From NCBI GenBank assembly GCA_030704615.1, contig CM060731.1, forward strand, positions 79,484,001 to 79,548,000: DNA of 64,000 nucleotides, read 5' to 3'. Both the position numbers and the translations under genes were made by a program. This document shows, one piece after another, positions 13,492-25,218 of this stretch. Under the pieces are notes generated by a model. The model was not told the origin of the DNA and did no database searches. It saw only the letters and a program-made list of their open reading frames with translations. Within the stretch, counting starts at the first letter, position 1. Each line of letters starts with the position of its first letter. The stretch comes from Takakia lepidozioides. Lineage: Eukaryota; Plantae; Bryophyta.

Positions 13492-13680
13492 CAGCACGGA
13501 GCATCAGGTTTTAGGATAAGTCTTTGGCAGAGCAGGGCTGGATTTCACCAACACTTATTCAGAATGCAAGTAATTGATCTCCATGTCAGAGCCCACATGG
13601 CCGATGAGGTGCATTGTGTTCGCAATTTCTTTGGTGAATGTCACTCAGTTGAGGCCACTCATTTTTCTGCACCTCAAAGG
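13492..13680 (-). pseudogene. OSB-type OB/SSB-domain exon remnant
   Basis: Minus strand reads EWPQLSDI(fs)KEIANTMHLIGHVGSDMEINYLHSE*VLVKSSPALPK..PDAPCW|GTGAG, matching the start of the OSB SSB fold (WP.P.EI...KE.AN.V.LIG.VG). Lies ~170 bp upstream of the co-oriented PPR remnant. Confidence 0.7.
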
Positions 13681-14326
13681 TCCCTCCTCAGTCATGACCC
13701 TGTCCATAAACCTCGCCTCCCCTCTGATGGTTTCCACTGCCCCGCAATCCCATGACTGATTCCAAGAAAACCAATGCTTCCCTGTTAGAGGAGTTTCAGA
13801 AACAACACAATGGCTTGCCTACTTCTTCATAACCTGGTGGGGCTGAAAACCCAAAACCAGCTCTGGGTGGGTTAGTAATACACCATCAAGGATACAACGT
13901 GGACGAACAAAGAACCCTCAAGCTATGCTAGATATTCATAGTCTGGCTTAGATGTGGCACAGGCGCGTTGTAACATGTCTGATAGAAAAGACTTATCTTT
14001 TGACAATCACCTTTGAATAAATGACTTGAGTTGGGGCAGTGAACTGTTAGCAACAAGTGGAAAATCTAAACCCATACATCAACCACTTGAAAGATGATTA
14101 TCAGCTCCAACTGCAAGATACTCTTGTGGGAAGAGTTCTTACCTTCCCGAAGCCAATCGGTGTGACATCATGCGCCCGCCAGACTTCAACGCTCGCTCGA
14201 AATTTGGGTAGCGGGAGACACGCCATTGAGGCAGAGAATCAGCCCTGGCTATGGACTTGGCAGCAGGTGCATGTAGGTGTGTGAAAATCCCAGACCTCAC
14301 CAGCCCTCCTGCCATCGGAACGCGCA

Positions 14327-14534
14327 TCTATCTCTTCCTTCGAGAGCGATCGTCGCTTCCCATCTGATGCAGAGTGTTCATGCCCACCTCTCCTGGTTAT
14401 TTTGGGGGCATTTCCGGCAGAATTGAGACGACGATTACCGTGTCTAAGATGGACTTGGCACTCTATGGCACCCTATTCTTCCTTCTCGATTCTAAACTCA
14501 AGTATCTTCCGACCCTCTTTGGTCGTCGTGCTAA
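14327..14534 (+). mobile_element. Small non-autonomous Helitron-like element
   Basis: A|TC start; 3' part CTATGGCACCCTATTC...CGACC-loop-GGTCG..CTAA is homologous to 61199-61257, which ends in a hairpin plus CTAG. Confidence 0.45.
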
Positions 14535-14875
14535 TTGTAGGATATACATAAATGGCAGAATGTTGGCATTTGTAATTTACCATTTGCATGGGGACTTGAG
14601 AGCCGCCCCTCTCTGGGGAGGGGACCTCTCGGACTAATGTAGAACTTAATATGCCAGCGTTTGATCTGACTTATTTCTCGCCGGATTCCGCATACTGGGC
14701 TGGGGCCCTTTTTTTTTTCTCCTCCCCCCCCCTCTTCACCTCCCCCTCGTTTCATCATCACTGTTTACATACTTCAAATCCAGGGGTTTCAAGCTGCGGT
14801 GGGTAGCATGTTGGTAAGGTGGTAGCGTTGCAGGTGGCAAAGTTCAGCATTCGATTCTTGATGGGAGGCGCTTGT

Positions 14876-15150
14876 GTGTAACCCTGGTCGGTGTAACCCT
14901 CCAATCGGTGTAACCCTCTATAATCCCGGTTTCTCATATAATCTCGTTAGTAGTCCTTTTATACTTAAACCAAATTTGGACTTAGTCAAATTTCGAGACC
15001 ATGGTGAGTTACATCGAGAGTAGTTACACTCCATTCTGTGTAACCCCGAGTGGAGTTACACACCTCATCGTGTAACCTGATGTAATCCCCCAAGTTGTTT
15101 ACACACACTCGTCGTTTAGCCCAGTGTAACCCCAACTCGAGTTTACCCTT
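14876..15150. repeat. Cluster of direct and inverted GTGTAACCC/GAGTTACAC motifs
   Basis: About ten copies in both orientations within 280 bp, resembling DNA-transposon subterminal repeats. Confidence 0.55.
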
Positions 15151-15590
15151 ACCCTTCACCATGTCACCTCAAAGAGGGTGGGGAAGATTTGACATGCCGG
15201 AAACCGGCATACCATCCTATCAGAGGTTGCACGTGTAGTTCTTACTTATTCCGTTTCCTTCCCTCCCTCAACTCACCCTTCGCTCATAATGCTCCTCCTC
15301 TTCTCTCTCATTTGGGTTTTTGTTTGTTGGCTCATCTTTATTCTAAAGAGAATACTACGCATGAAGGTCAAAAATCGCTAAGCCCTGTTGTGCCTTCCCT
15401 AGGTATCACCTCCTATCCTTTTTTGAAAACCAGTTCTTGCACCTCTCACAGGTTATATCTCTGGTACTAAACAACTTATGAGAAATAAATAGATGATTTT
15501 TCAAGTTTATTATGGAAAAAATATATTTCATTATTTACAACGAGGAGCCATACACAACTAGTCGTTTGTTTTTGCTTTGGGTGCAGTATG

Positions 15591-18583
15591 CTTTACAATA
15601 AGAATAGTTCGTATAGGGAATTTGGGACCAAATTGACTCAGTCCGAATGTCTTGTCGAGTCTCCAACAATTACAAAATTAAACGTACTTTGATTTTGTAT
15701 AGAATAAGAAACAAATAATCTAGTATATAAGCTCTAAAAATTCGGCACATTTAATTGTCGTGCATCTTTTAAATCACAAAACCATTGTGCCCAAACTGAA
15801 CAATCTCCAAACTCCAAGAATCCAGTTTAGGCACTTTGGAAGCTCGCCATTACGAGGGGGGGGGGGAAAAAAAAACGCCTTCGAATCCGTTAGCGACTCC
15901 TACACTTGTGTGCAAGCGCAAAACGATGCACAAATTTCTTACATCATTTGAAGATCATCTACGTGTTAATTGCAATTTATCTTCTAAAACCAAGTAGCAT
16001 ACATTTGAGCCTTATGCATCTGACCATGTGATGTCCATCCATCCGTAGCGATTGTCGTCGGAACCTACTCCGAGAGCCTTCCACACTGTGGGAGATGCAT
16101 CAACGTCATTGTTGATGCAAGGTGGTTGATAATCGTGATCTCCGTCACAACCATGCATGGAATCGCATTCGTCGACCACCATGGCTCGCACGCTCTTCCC
16201 ATTTCCATGTATGGTGATGTGATTGCCGCAACGGCTACCCTCCGTTGTACCAACCCCTTGAGAGCAACCACGAGTGTGGAATCCGAATGATAATGATTAT
16301 CACACTCTGATGCAGTGCCTCCTGAACCCCCTTTTTGAAAACTGTTGAGGGTTAGAATGGCAGATTTTGTACTTGGTGAACACGTATACGTAGCATATTT
16401 TTTACCTGTCTTGCAACATTCGGAACTCTGCGCTGTGTTGCAACCGTCTGGTAGGTTATTGGGACCTATGAGATAGCCGGCCACCCTACAAGAATGATCG
16501 GATCCCTCTCCTGGAGATGACATGGGAGATGAACTTATACATATTTGGATGCCCACTTCAGGATCGTCGTTGCATTTATTGGCCGTGCATGCAAGCTGGC
16601 CACTGCAATCATCGTCACTAGTGCACGATGTTCCGCAATCACTTTGAGCAACTACAGAGTTCATAACAAGGTTGCCTACCAGTATAACTAGAGCTAGAAC
16701 AGAACGTGAAAGGTTTGTCATAATTTCTTTGGTATTCTTCTTCCGAACTACTAATTACTTAAGATCGTATATATGTATGCGGAGGGAGCCGAGTTGGAGA
16801 TGTGAAAAGTGGATGTGTTCAAATCTAATCAAACGAGCGAAAAGACGTCATGTTTTCAACAAGTAATTAGATACAGAGTCGTGGCTTCTTTCCACATGGG
16901 TTTGTGACTCATAAACAAAAGATGTTGATATGACTTTGACAGCTACAACATATATTACTCATGGCAAGTAAGTTGTATAAGCAATATATATTCTACAAAA
17001 CAATCACAAAACCAATAATGAGCACAAATGAATGTCTGTTCGATGCTCGAGGGGTGGATTAAAGAGATATTGGCTAGTGCATGCCTTATATAGATAACCT
17101 CGGCACACCCTTAGAGTTTTCAGACGACATGAGATGTTGCTTCCTAGATGGCTGCAACTTTGGAATCACGTTGTAGCCGATCAACTTTGAATTTTCCAGC
17201 AGGGTAGATCCAAACGTTCGCAACCAATAAAAGTAAAATTGCACAATCAAGAAGTTGGAAGCTTGGAAATTTTACAACATCATCAAGTGTATATCCAACG
17301 TTGAGAGATGCGGAAATCCAACAAGGTTGTGGAATTCTCATGTGGGCTAATTTGAGCAACAACGGCCTGTCTGAAATGACATGTCGCCGCCTCCCCATAT
17401 ATACGTATCCGGTGATGACATTCTATTGTCGTGAAATATATTACCACTTGGAAGTTGATCCAAAATATTGTTGGTTTCATCCTTATGACAAACATTTTCC
17501 ATCCATGTGCAGCTTAATAATTATAGATCATCGATCTTAAACGTGACCACTTGCCATTTTATAGCCTACCCTGACTTTGACGGAGTCCAACTTGTCAGAA
17601 GGACAATTAGCTCAGTGTAGTCGAAGAGGGTTCTCATGATATGCCCCCGACATCCTACAGTTGAGCCCGCATTTATTTGGATCTAGACTTGCGCCATCGA
17701 CGTGCCTTGTCAGACCTTATGCATATCTTAGAGAATCATCGAGAGCACGCCAACACTGACACACCGTATACCACATGTAAGTTTGCGCATTAGATCATAT
17801 TAAATGTGTATGATGCATAAATGACCTTATATAATTAGTCACGCACCATATCTTTCCACAACCCACATGGTTGTACAACTTCATCTAGCATTGTACAGGT
17901 CGGACCACATGCCCCATATATTTGTTGAACATTCAACATATCTCTAGCTATAAGTGCTTGAACTATAAATCAACCACCCGACCACCTACTAGCATGTCGC
18001 ACCCACCCATAGTTCATATCATGGCCCACCCCCTAAAACGGGGCAATATCAGCCGAAAGGCAAAGTGCAGGTTCTTATGTGCGGCGCCCGTGGCCGAAGT
18101 CTTGTCTTTCTGTTTTACGAAATGCAGTCTCTGCATTGGGAGTGCACGCCGCAAGATACTCAAGAAAGTTTTGTTAGGGAGGCTTTTGAGATTTATCATG
18201 AACACATGGTACATGACCCAACAATATCACATTCATGTCTATTCTAGAGGCATGGCCAATGTAGGCTCGCCAGAGAAAAGGTTTATAAGTTAATGTAAGG
18301 CCTCAGACAGGGCTAAAAGTTAAACAGATAATAAACGTACTTTCAGGGAATTCAAGGTGAGGGACAAAGTGTTTCTATTGATACCCATCACCTTCACCTA
18401 ACCTTGTGAAAGGAAAAGGTAAGAAGAAAGGTACGTAAGAAGTTATCTCCTTGATATTGCGGACCTTCGCTGATTGTGAAACGCATTAACGATGCTGCAT
18501 ATAAACTAGAGCTTCCACAGTCATGTAAGATACATCTGGACAATGTTTCATGTTAGCAAGCTTAAGAGATATTTACATGATGC
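15591..18583. repeat. Tandem segmental duplication, copy 1
   Basis: Colinear near-identity with 19477-22238 (kiwellin, upstream region, PPR scrap, Gypsy scrap). Confidence 0.92.
16012..16721 (-). pseudogene. Kiwellin / ripening-related protein (barwin-like double-psi barrel), frameshifted
   Basis: Signal peptide, Cys-rich N-domain (DCSGQLAC...CNDDP), [17 protein letters not shown], then in another frame [35 protein letters not shown]...WSDA*. Frameshift at VVAL. Confidence 0.9.
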
Positions 18584-18830
18584 GGACAATTTGGTAGAAG
18601 GAACTAAACTTCTACAAGAAGGGCCGGAGAGTGACCAACACGGACCTCCGCGGATTTTGGACAAATTTAGAGAACGCAGATTGCGCAGTTGTCTCATCAA
18701 GGAGCGTTAGGTTGCATGGCACCGGCTTCCTTTGACTGATGCTACTTGGGAGTCTGCAGACTTTGTCATTGAGGACAATGACCAAGCTTTGAAGGGGTAG
18801 AGAATGTCACAGCCTAGATTAGCAAAAGTT
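18290..18830 (+). mobile_element. Ty3/Gypsy integrase-tail/chromodomain remnant with PPT and LTR start
   Basis: REFKV.DKV, YCGP..IVKRINDAAYKLELP..KIH..FHVSKLK, VAW..LP..DATWES; purine tract GAAGGGGTAGAGAA then TGTCAC at 18805. Confidence 0.75.
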
Positions 18831-19476
18831 AGTTACATGGGCTTAAACAAGCCTTAAATAGTAAAAGCATAACAAAGGCTTCAAACAAAGCCATATACAA
18901 GAAAAATATATGTATAGACTTAAGCAAAGTCAAAATTGTCCAATTGTTAAGAAAAATCACGTTTGTTTTTATTTTAAAAACGTGTTTTGCAAGTCAATGT
19001 GTGGAAACATAAACCTTGGATATATGCCATTCGTTTCAACACGACGCATTATTTTGTCTAGAACGTCGTGTCGCGGATTGCACAAAATGCAAAATATGCT
19101 CAACATGGGTACTGTTGTAACTAGGTTTTGAAGATTCATATGCAAAGACGGTGTAACGGACGTTTCCCAACACACTCACTTACAATTGTGCTCTCAATGG
19201 ATGTGCCAACCTAGGGTCGCCGAAAAAAGATCAAAACATGGGTATATGCGGACGTCATCAAAAGCCTGTGACAACATGTCTGTGAAACCATGAACAATAA
19301 TACATCAAATTGCTTGCTAATATGAGTCAGTGAGGAAGTCATAATAGTGTCACGTTCATCCATCTTAATTGATGAATTTATGTGCAAACTTAGGATCCTT
19401 AGTTAAATGCAAGGAGGTATATGCAGCCAACAAACTATGTAAATATGTTCCACAAATGGGCAAATTTATGGCCAAC

Positions 19477-22238
19477 CTTTACAATAACAATAGTTCGCAT
19501 AGGGAATTTGGGACCAAATTGACTGAGTCCGAATGTCTTGTTGAGTCTCCAATAATTACAAAAATAAACATATTTTGATTTTGTATAGAATAAGACACAA
19601 ATAATCTAGTATATAAGCTTTGGCACATTTAATTGTTGTGCACCTTTTAGATGACACAACCGTTGTGCCTAAACTGAACAATCTCCAAAATCCAATAGTT
19701 CAGTTTAGGCACTTTGGACGCTCGCCATTACGAAAGTGGGGGGGGAATAAAACACACCTTCGAATCCGTTAGCAAGTCCTACACTTGTGTTCAAGTGCAA
19801 AACGATGCACAAATTTCTTACATCATACATTGATCATCTACATGTTAATTACAATTTATCTTCTAAAACCAAGTAGCATACATTTGAGCCTTATGCATCT
19901 GACCATGTGATGTCCATCCATCCGTAGCGATTGTTGTCGGAACCTACTCCGAGATCCTTCCACACTGCGGGAGCATCGACGTCATTGTTGATGCAAGGTG
20001 GTTGATAATCGTGATCTCCGTCACAACCATGCATGGAATCGCATTCGTCGACCACCATGGCTCGCACGCTCTTCCCATTTCCATGTATGGTGATGTGATT
20101 GCCGCAACGGCTACCTCCGTTGTACCAACCCCTTGAGAGCAACCACGAGTGTGGAATCCGAATGATAATGATTATCACACTCTGATGCGGTGCCTCCTGA
20201 ACCCCCCTTTTGAAAACTGTTGAGGGTTAGAATGACAGATTTTGTACTTGGTGAACACGTGTACGTAGCATATTTTTTACCTGTCTTGCAACATTCGGAA
20301 CTTTGCGCTGTGTTGCAACCGTTCGGTAGGTTATTGGGATCTATGAGATAGCCGGCCACCCTACAAGAATGATCGGATCCCTCTCCTGGGCTTCTTTCCA
20401 CATGGGTTTGTGACTCATAAACAAAAGATGTTGATATGACTTTGACAGCTACAACATATATTACTCACGGCAAGTAAGTTGTATAAGCAATATATATTCT
20501 ACAAAACAATCACAAAACCAGTAATGAGCACAAATGAATGTCGGTTCGATGCTCGAGGGGTGGATTAAAGAGATATTGGCTAGTGCATGCCTTATATAGA
20601 TAACCTCGGCACACCCTTATCTAGTTTTCAGAAGACATGAGATGTTGCTTCCTACATGGCTGCAACTTTGGAATCACGTTGTAGCAGATCAACTTTGACC
20701 CATAAATGGAATTTTCCAGCAGGGTAGATCCAAACGTTCGCAACCAATAAAAGTAAAATTGCACAATCAAGTTGGAAGCTTGGAAATTTTACAATAGCAT
20801 CAAGTGTATGCCCAACGTTGAGAGATGTGGAAATCGAACAAGGCTGTGGAATTCTCATGTGGGCTAATTTGAGCAACGACGGCCTGTCTGAAATGACATG
20901 TCGCCGCCTCTCCATATAGATGTATCCAATGATGGCATTCTATTGGCGTGAAATATATTACCACTTGGAAGTTGATCCAAAATGTTGTTGGTTTCATCCT
21001 TATGACAAACATTTTCCATCCATGTGCAGTTTAATAATTATAGATCGTCGATCTTAAACGTGACCACTTGCCATTTTACAGCCTATCATGACTTTGACGG
21101 AGTCCGACTTGTCAGAAGGACAAATAGCTTCGTGTAGTCGAAGAGGGTTCTCATGATATGCCCCCGACATCCTACAGGTGAGCCCGCATTTATTTGGATC
21201 TAGACTTGCACCATCGACGTGCCTTGTCAGACCTTATGCATATCTTAGAGAATCATCGAGAGCACTCCAACACTAACACACCGAACACCACATGTAAGTT
21301 TGCGCATTAGATCATGTTAAATGTGTATGATGCATAAATGACCTTACATAATTAGTCACCCACCCATATCTTTCCACAACCCACATGGCTGTACAACTTC
21401 ATCTAGCATTGTACAGGTAAACCAAAGCTCTAGATCTTGACATATTTTTGTTCGACCACGTACTAGAGTGTGGCCAAGTCAAACAAGAGCCTTGAGATCA
21501 ATTCCGATCCAAACATTTCCATGTTTTGAGTAGATGTGCACGCCTCTTTTCTAATCCATCATATCGGTCCTAATTCCCGAACAAGAATTTGCTTAGAAAA
21601 TACAAGAGGTGGTCGTATGTGGGTCTACGTCGGACCACATGCCCCATATATTTGTTGAACATTCAACATATCTCCAGCTATAACCGCTTGAATTATAAAA
21701 CAACCACCCCGGCCACCTACTAGCATGTCGCACCCACCCACAGTTCATATCATGATCCACCCCCTAAAACGGGGAAATATCAGCCCAAAGGCAAAGTGCA
21801 GGTTCTTATGTATGGCGCGCGTGGCCGAAGTCTTGTCTCTCTGCTATATGAAATGCAGTCTCTGCATTGGGAGTGCACACCGCAAGATGCTCAAGAAAGG
21901 TTTTGTTAGGGAGGCTTTTGAGATTTATCATGAACACATGGTACATGAGGTAGTGAGGCCCAACAATATCACATTCATGTCTATTCTAGAGGCATGCCCA
22001 ATGTAGGCTTGCCACATAAAAGGTTTATAATTTAATGTAAGGCCTCAGATAGTGCTAAGAGTTGTGCAGATAAGAAACGCACTTTCAGGGAATTCAAGGT
22101 GGGGGACAAGTTATATTGCGGTTGGCTGATTGTGAAACACATTAACGATGCTGCATATAAGCTACAGCTTCCAGAGTCATGTAAGATACATCTGGGCAGT
22201 GTTTCATGTTAGCAAGCTTAAGAGATATTTATATGATG
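19477..22238. repeat. Tandem segmental duplication, copy 2
   Basis: Matches 15591-18583; lacks ~370 bp (16515-16883) and has an extra ~210 bp at 21419-21630. Confidence 0.92.
19891..20389 (-). pseudogene. 5'-truncated kiwellin copy
   Basis: Same sequence as the 3' part of copy 1, including the VVAL frameshift; signal peptide and N-terminal domain deleted. Confidence 0.9.
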
Positions 22239-22800
22239 GGGAGGTTCCGCTCGCGGAGGCGGGGCGGCGCTCCACCTCCCCGCTAACCTCTCTGCTATCC
22301 CGTTAGTTATGACTGATTCTTAGGGATCCGCTATTTTCCCCCTAAACCCCCTTTCTAATCACCCTCTCTTTAGCGCTCCCGCTGTTCGGGGAATGCTTGC
22401 GCGTGAGCCTAGCCAGGCTCACGCCACGTCAGCAAGGTTTCCCACGTGCAGGACTTAATTTTGCGGATGCCACCTATTTCCGCGGAACTGTAGGTGACTA
22501 CCACGCCCCAGATTTGCCACTTTATTTTTCGAGAAGTCTCATCCTTCATCCAAATCTTGGTCGGATGAGAAATCACGGGTGGTTTGTGGATGGTTAACGA
22601 AGTTCCTTCCCCCCAATTTACATCCACTTTTCATTGATAGACGTTCTCCAGACAAACACCAGGAAATCCCTAAAGCGTCTTTGCGGTTTATGAAAAAACA
22701 TGGTGCACAACAGGTTGGCAAGACTTGCAATGCAAGACACGAAACGAAGAACAATAGGGCCAACAATCATACAAAATGCAAAAAATAGTCCTAAGAAAAG

Positions 22801-23425
22801 GATGCTTTCATTTCTCAAATCAAGGTTGCGTCAACGCAAGGTTGATTTGCATCATCCTCCCAGGAAAAATAATAATAATAATAATAATAATTTCATTTCT
22901 CAAATCAAGGTTGCGTCAACGCAAGGTTGATTTGCATCACTCCCCAGGGAGCCAAAAAAAAACAACTCTTCAAAAAATGATGTTTTCATTCTCAAATCAA
23001 GGTTGCGTCAATGCAAGATTGATTTGCATCATCCCCCCAGGGAGGGGAAAAAAAAAAAAATCAAAAAATCAAAAAATCAAAAAATGATGCTTTCATTTCT
23101 CAAATCAAGGTTGCATCAACGCAAGGTTGATTTGCATCACTCCCCACGGAGAAAAAATAAAAAATAAAATAAAATGAAGTCGTGTGTCTGTCGGTGTATG
23201 CCACTCATCAATCGTGTTGTGCGTGCATGTACCATTTGTTGCATTCGTTCCTCAAACTCATTTGTTCATTTGCGAACACATCAAGTCACATTCAAATGAA
23301 CATTCTCGGAAATCAACCTCGTGTTAACACAAGGTTGATTTTAGTTGTAGGAAATCAACCTCGTGTTAATACAAGGTTCATTTCAAGTTCTCTGAAACCA
23401 ACCTCATATTAACACAAGGTTGATA
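22801..23425. repeat. Array of ~28-32-bp palindromic units with low-complexity spacers
   Basis: Four AAATCAAGGTTGCGTCAACGCAAGGTTGATTT-type units, then two and a half AAATCAACCTCGTGTTAACACAAGGTTGATTT-type units. Confidence 0.85.
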
Positions 23426-25070
23426 TTTGCGGACGCCCTAAACCCTTAACCCATCTCACCTTCAAATGGTGAAATCCCACACTTATAGGCTCCACGGTTA
23501 TAGGCCCACCATCTTTGTGGTGACATGGCACGACCTTGGGTGGGCTCACGCCACATCGGCACCAGCGCCACGTCAGCGCTGTGAGCGTAGGCTCGCGCCA
23601 CATCACCATTGTGTGAGCGTATGCTCCCATGCTCACACGCCAGGCTCACGCGATAGCGTCGTTGCAGCTGTTCTGGCCCCTCTGCCATTTTAGCTACGGT
23701 CGCAGCTATGGAGTGCATTCTTGCTCGAAACGAGGCAACGCCTGAGTTCTACCGCATCGATCTCAAGCTCCTTCACCCACTCTACAGCTCTCTCACGACG
23801 CTGTTTTTGAGTCTGCTCTTGCTGAGTTCTAGGATGTATTTCACTTCCCAGTTTCCATTATGACTTCTCTGAGCCCCGTTTTTCTATCTATGATGATGTG
23901 CGCACCTCATTCTACTGGCCTCACTAGAAGAGAAACCGGCTTTTTCCACGGCTCTGCCATCTCACACCTGGCACATTCCACGGCTTTTATCACGGGTCTG
24001 TACACTGAGCCAAGGTGTGGGTCTAAATATGCCCTAACTGTGGGGTGTCTCACATGTGGTCCACACCCCAGGCAAGAACGGTGTGAAAACAGCCATGAGC
24101 GTGGCAGGGGTTGGCTTAGTTTACATGGCATGTTACACACCTGTGTGAAATGAGAACATACAATTATTTCCGCTGATTGTGGTGTATGGGGAGTTTGAGA
24201 ATGATGCCCTTGGAAAATGATTATGAACTTCATGTTCATGTTTAGAAATTTGCACGATGGTACTAGCAAGTGAAGAATACACCCCATTTTCAATCTCTAC
24301 ATTATGAAGTTTATAATGCCCTTGGTGAAATGAGCATGGGGATCGCATTCAAAGGTGGTCCCGTTCCGTTGCAACCTAGACACAACTAGGACAAATAGGC
24401 ATAGGCATGATTTACACTTTTTGCCACAAATCACTTGCATCATCCTTATGTTGAACTCCTTGTTTATGTGACATGCTTGGACTTTGTCATCTCACACATC
24501 AAAGAAAAAACCAGAATATTTCGAAAAAATCCTAACCTAAAAATCCTAACCTAAATTTACTAACAAGTGTTCAAACCAGCCCAATGGTAATATATTTTAT
24601 TACCATTATCAAATGTTTGTCTACGTGGTGTTTTGGTTTTCTAGACAAGTCTGATAGCAGGACTTTAGCCTCTGACCTAGAATGAATCAAAGTGCAAAAG
24701 GCTAAAAAGTCAAAAAGTTGTTAATAAGGTTGCCCATTAGGTTTAAAAAAGTTAAAAAGTTGCTAATAAGGTTGCCCACTAGGGTAATCGTGAACACAGA
24801 GGAGGGCTGGGACTTGGCGTTTTTTTTTGGTTCCCTGCACCACACCATGTAGCCGAGGGATGGAACGCGATGATCGCAGGATATGCAAGGGCGTGGGATG
24901 GAGGCGTTGAGCAAATGATGCAGGAAGGAGGAGAGGAGGAGGAGATGAGATGAGGAGAAGCTCGCAACATTCTTGCGAGCTTGCCGTTCTTGGGAGAGTT
25001 AGCTTGGTCATAGCAGGCCGTGTTTCAATCTCTGCCTACTCAGCTACACCGTGGTGGTTCGATCTTACAG

Positions 25071-25218
25071 ACCAATCCGACATTACCTGACTACAGACAC
25101 AAGCAGCACACACAAGAGGTCCTTTTGGGTTGATGGTCAGTCAAGTCATGACACAACCTCAAGGACAATGTGGTGAGGGCATCTTCTTCTTTGACCTATT
25201 TCAACCTGTTTTGCCCTC
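25071..25218 (+). pseudogene. PDF-motif (type A) second-half exon inside the Pack-CACTA
   Basis: TTACAG|TNPTLPDYRHKQ..(fs)WVDGQS, preceded by intron sequence homologous to 39480-39558. Confidence 0.65.

Noticed and set aside
22801-23425. CRISPR-like repeat-spacer look (also 37780-38560)
   Set aside because: Eukaryotic context, no cas genes, low-complexity spacers, degenerate and partly inverted units.
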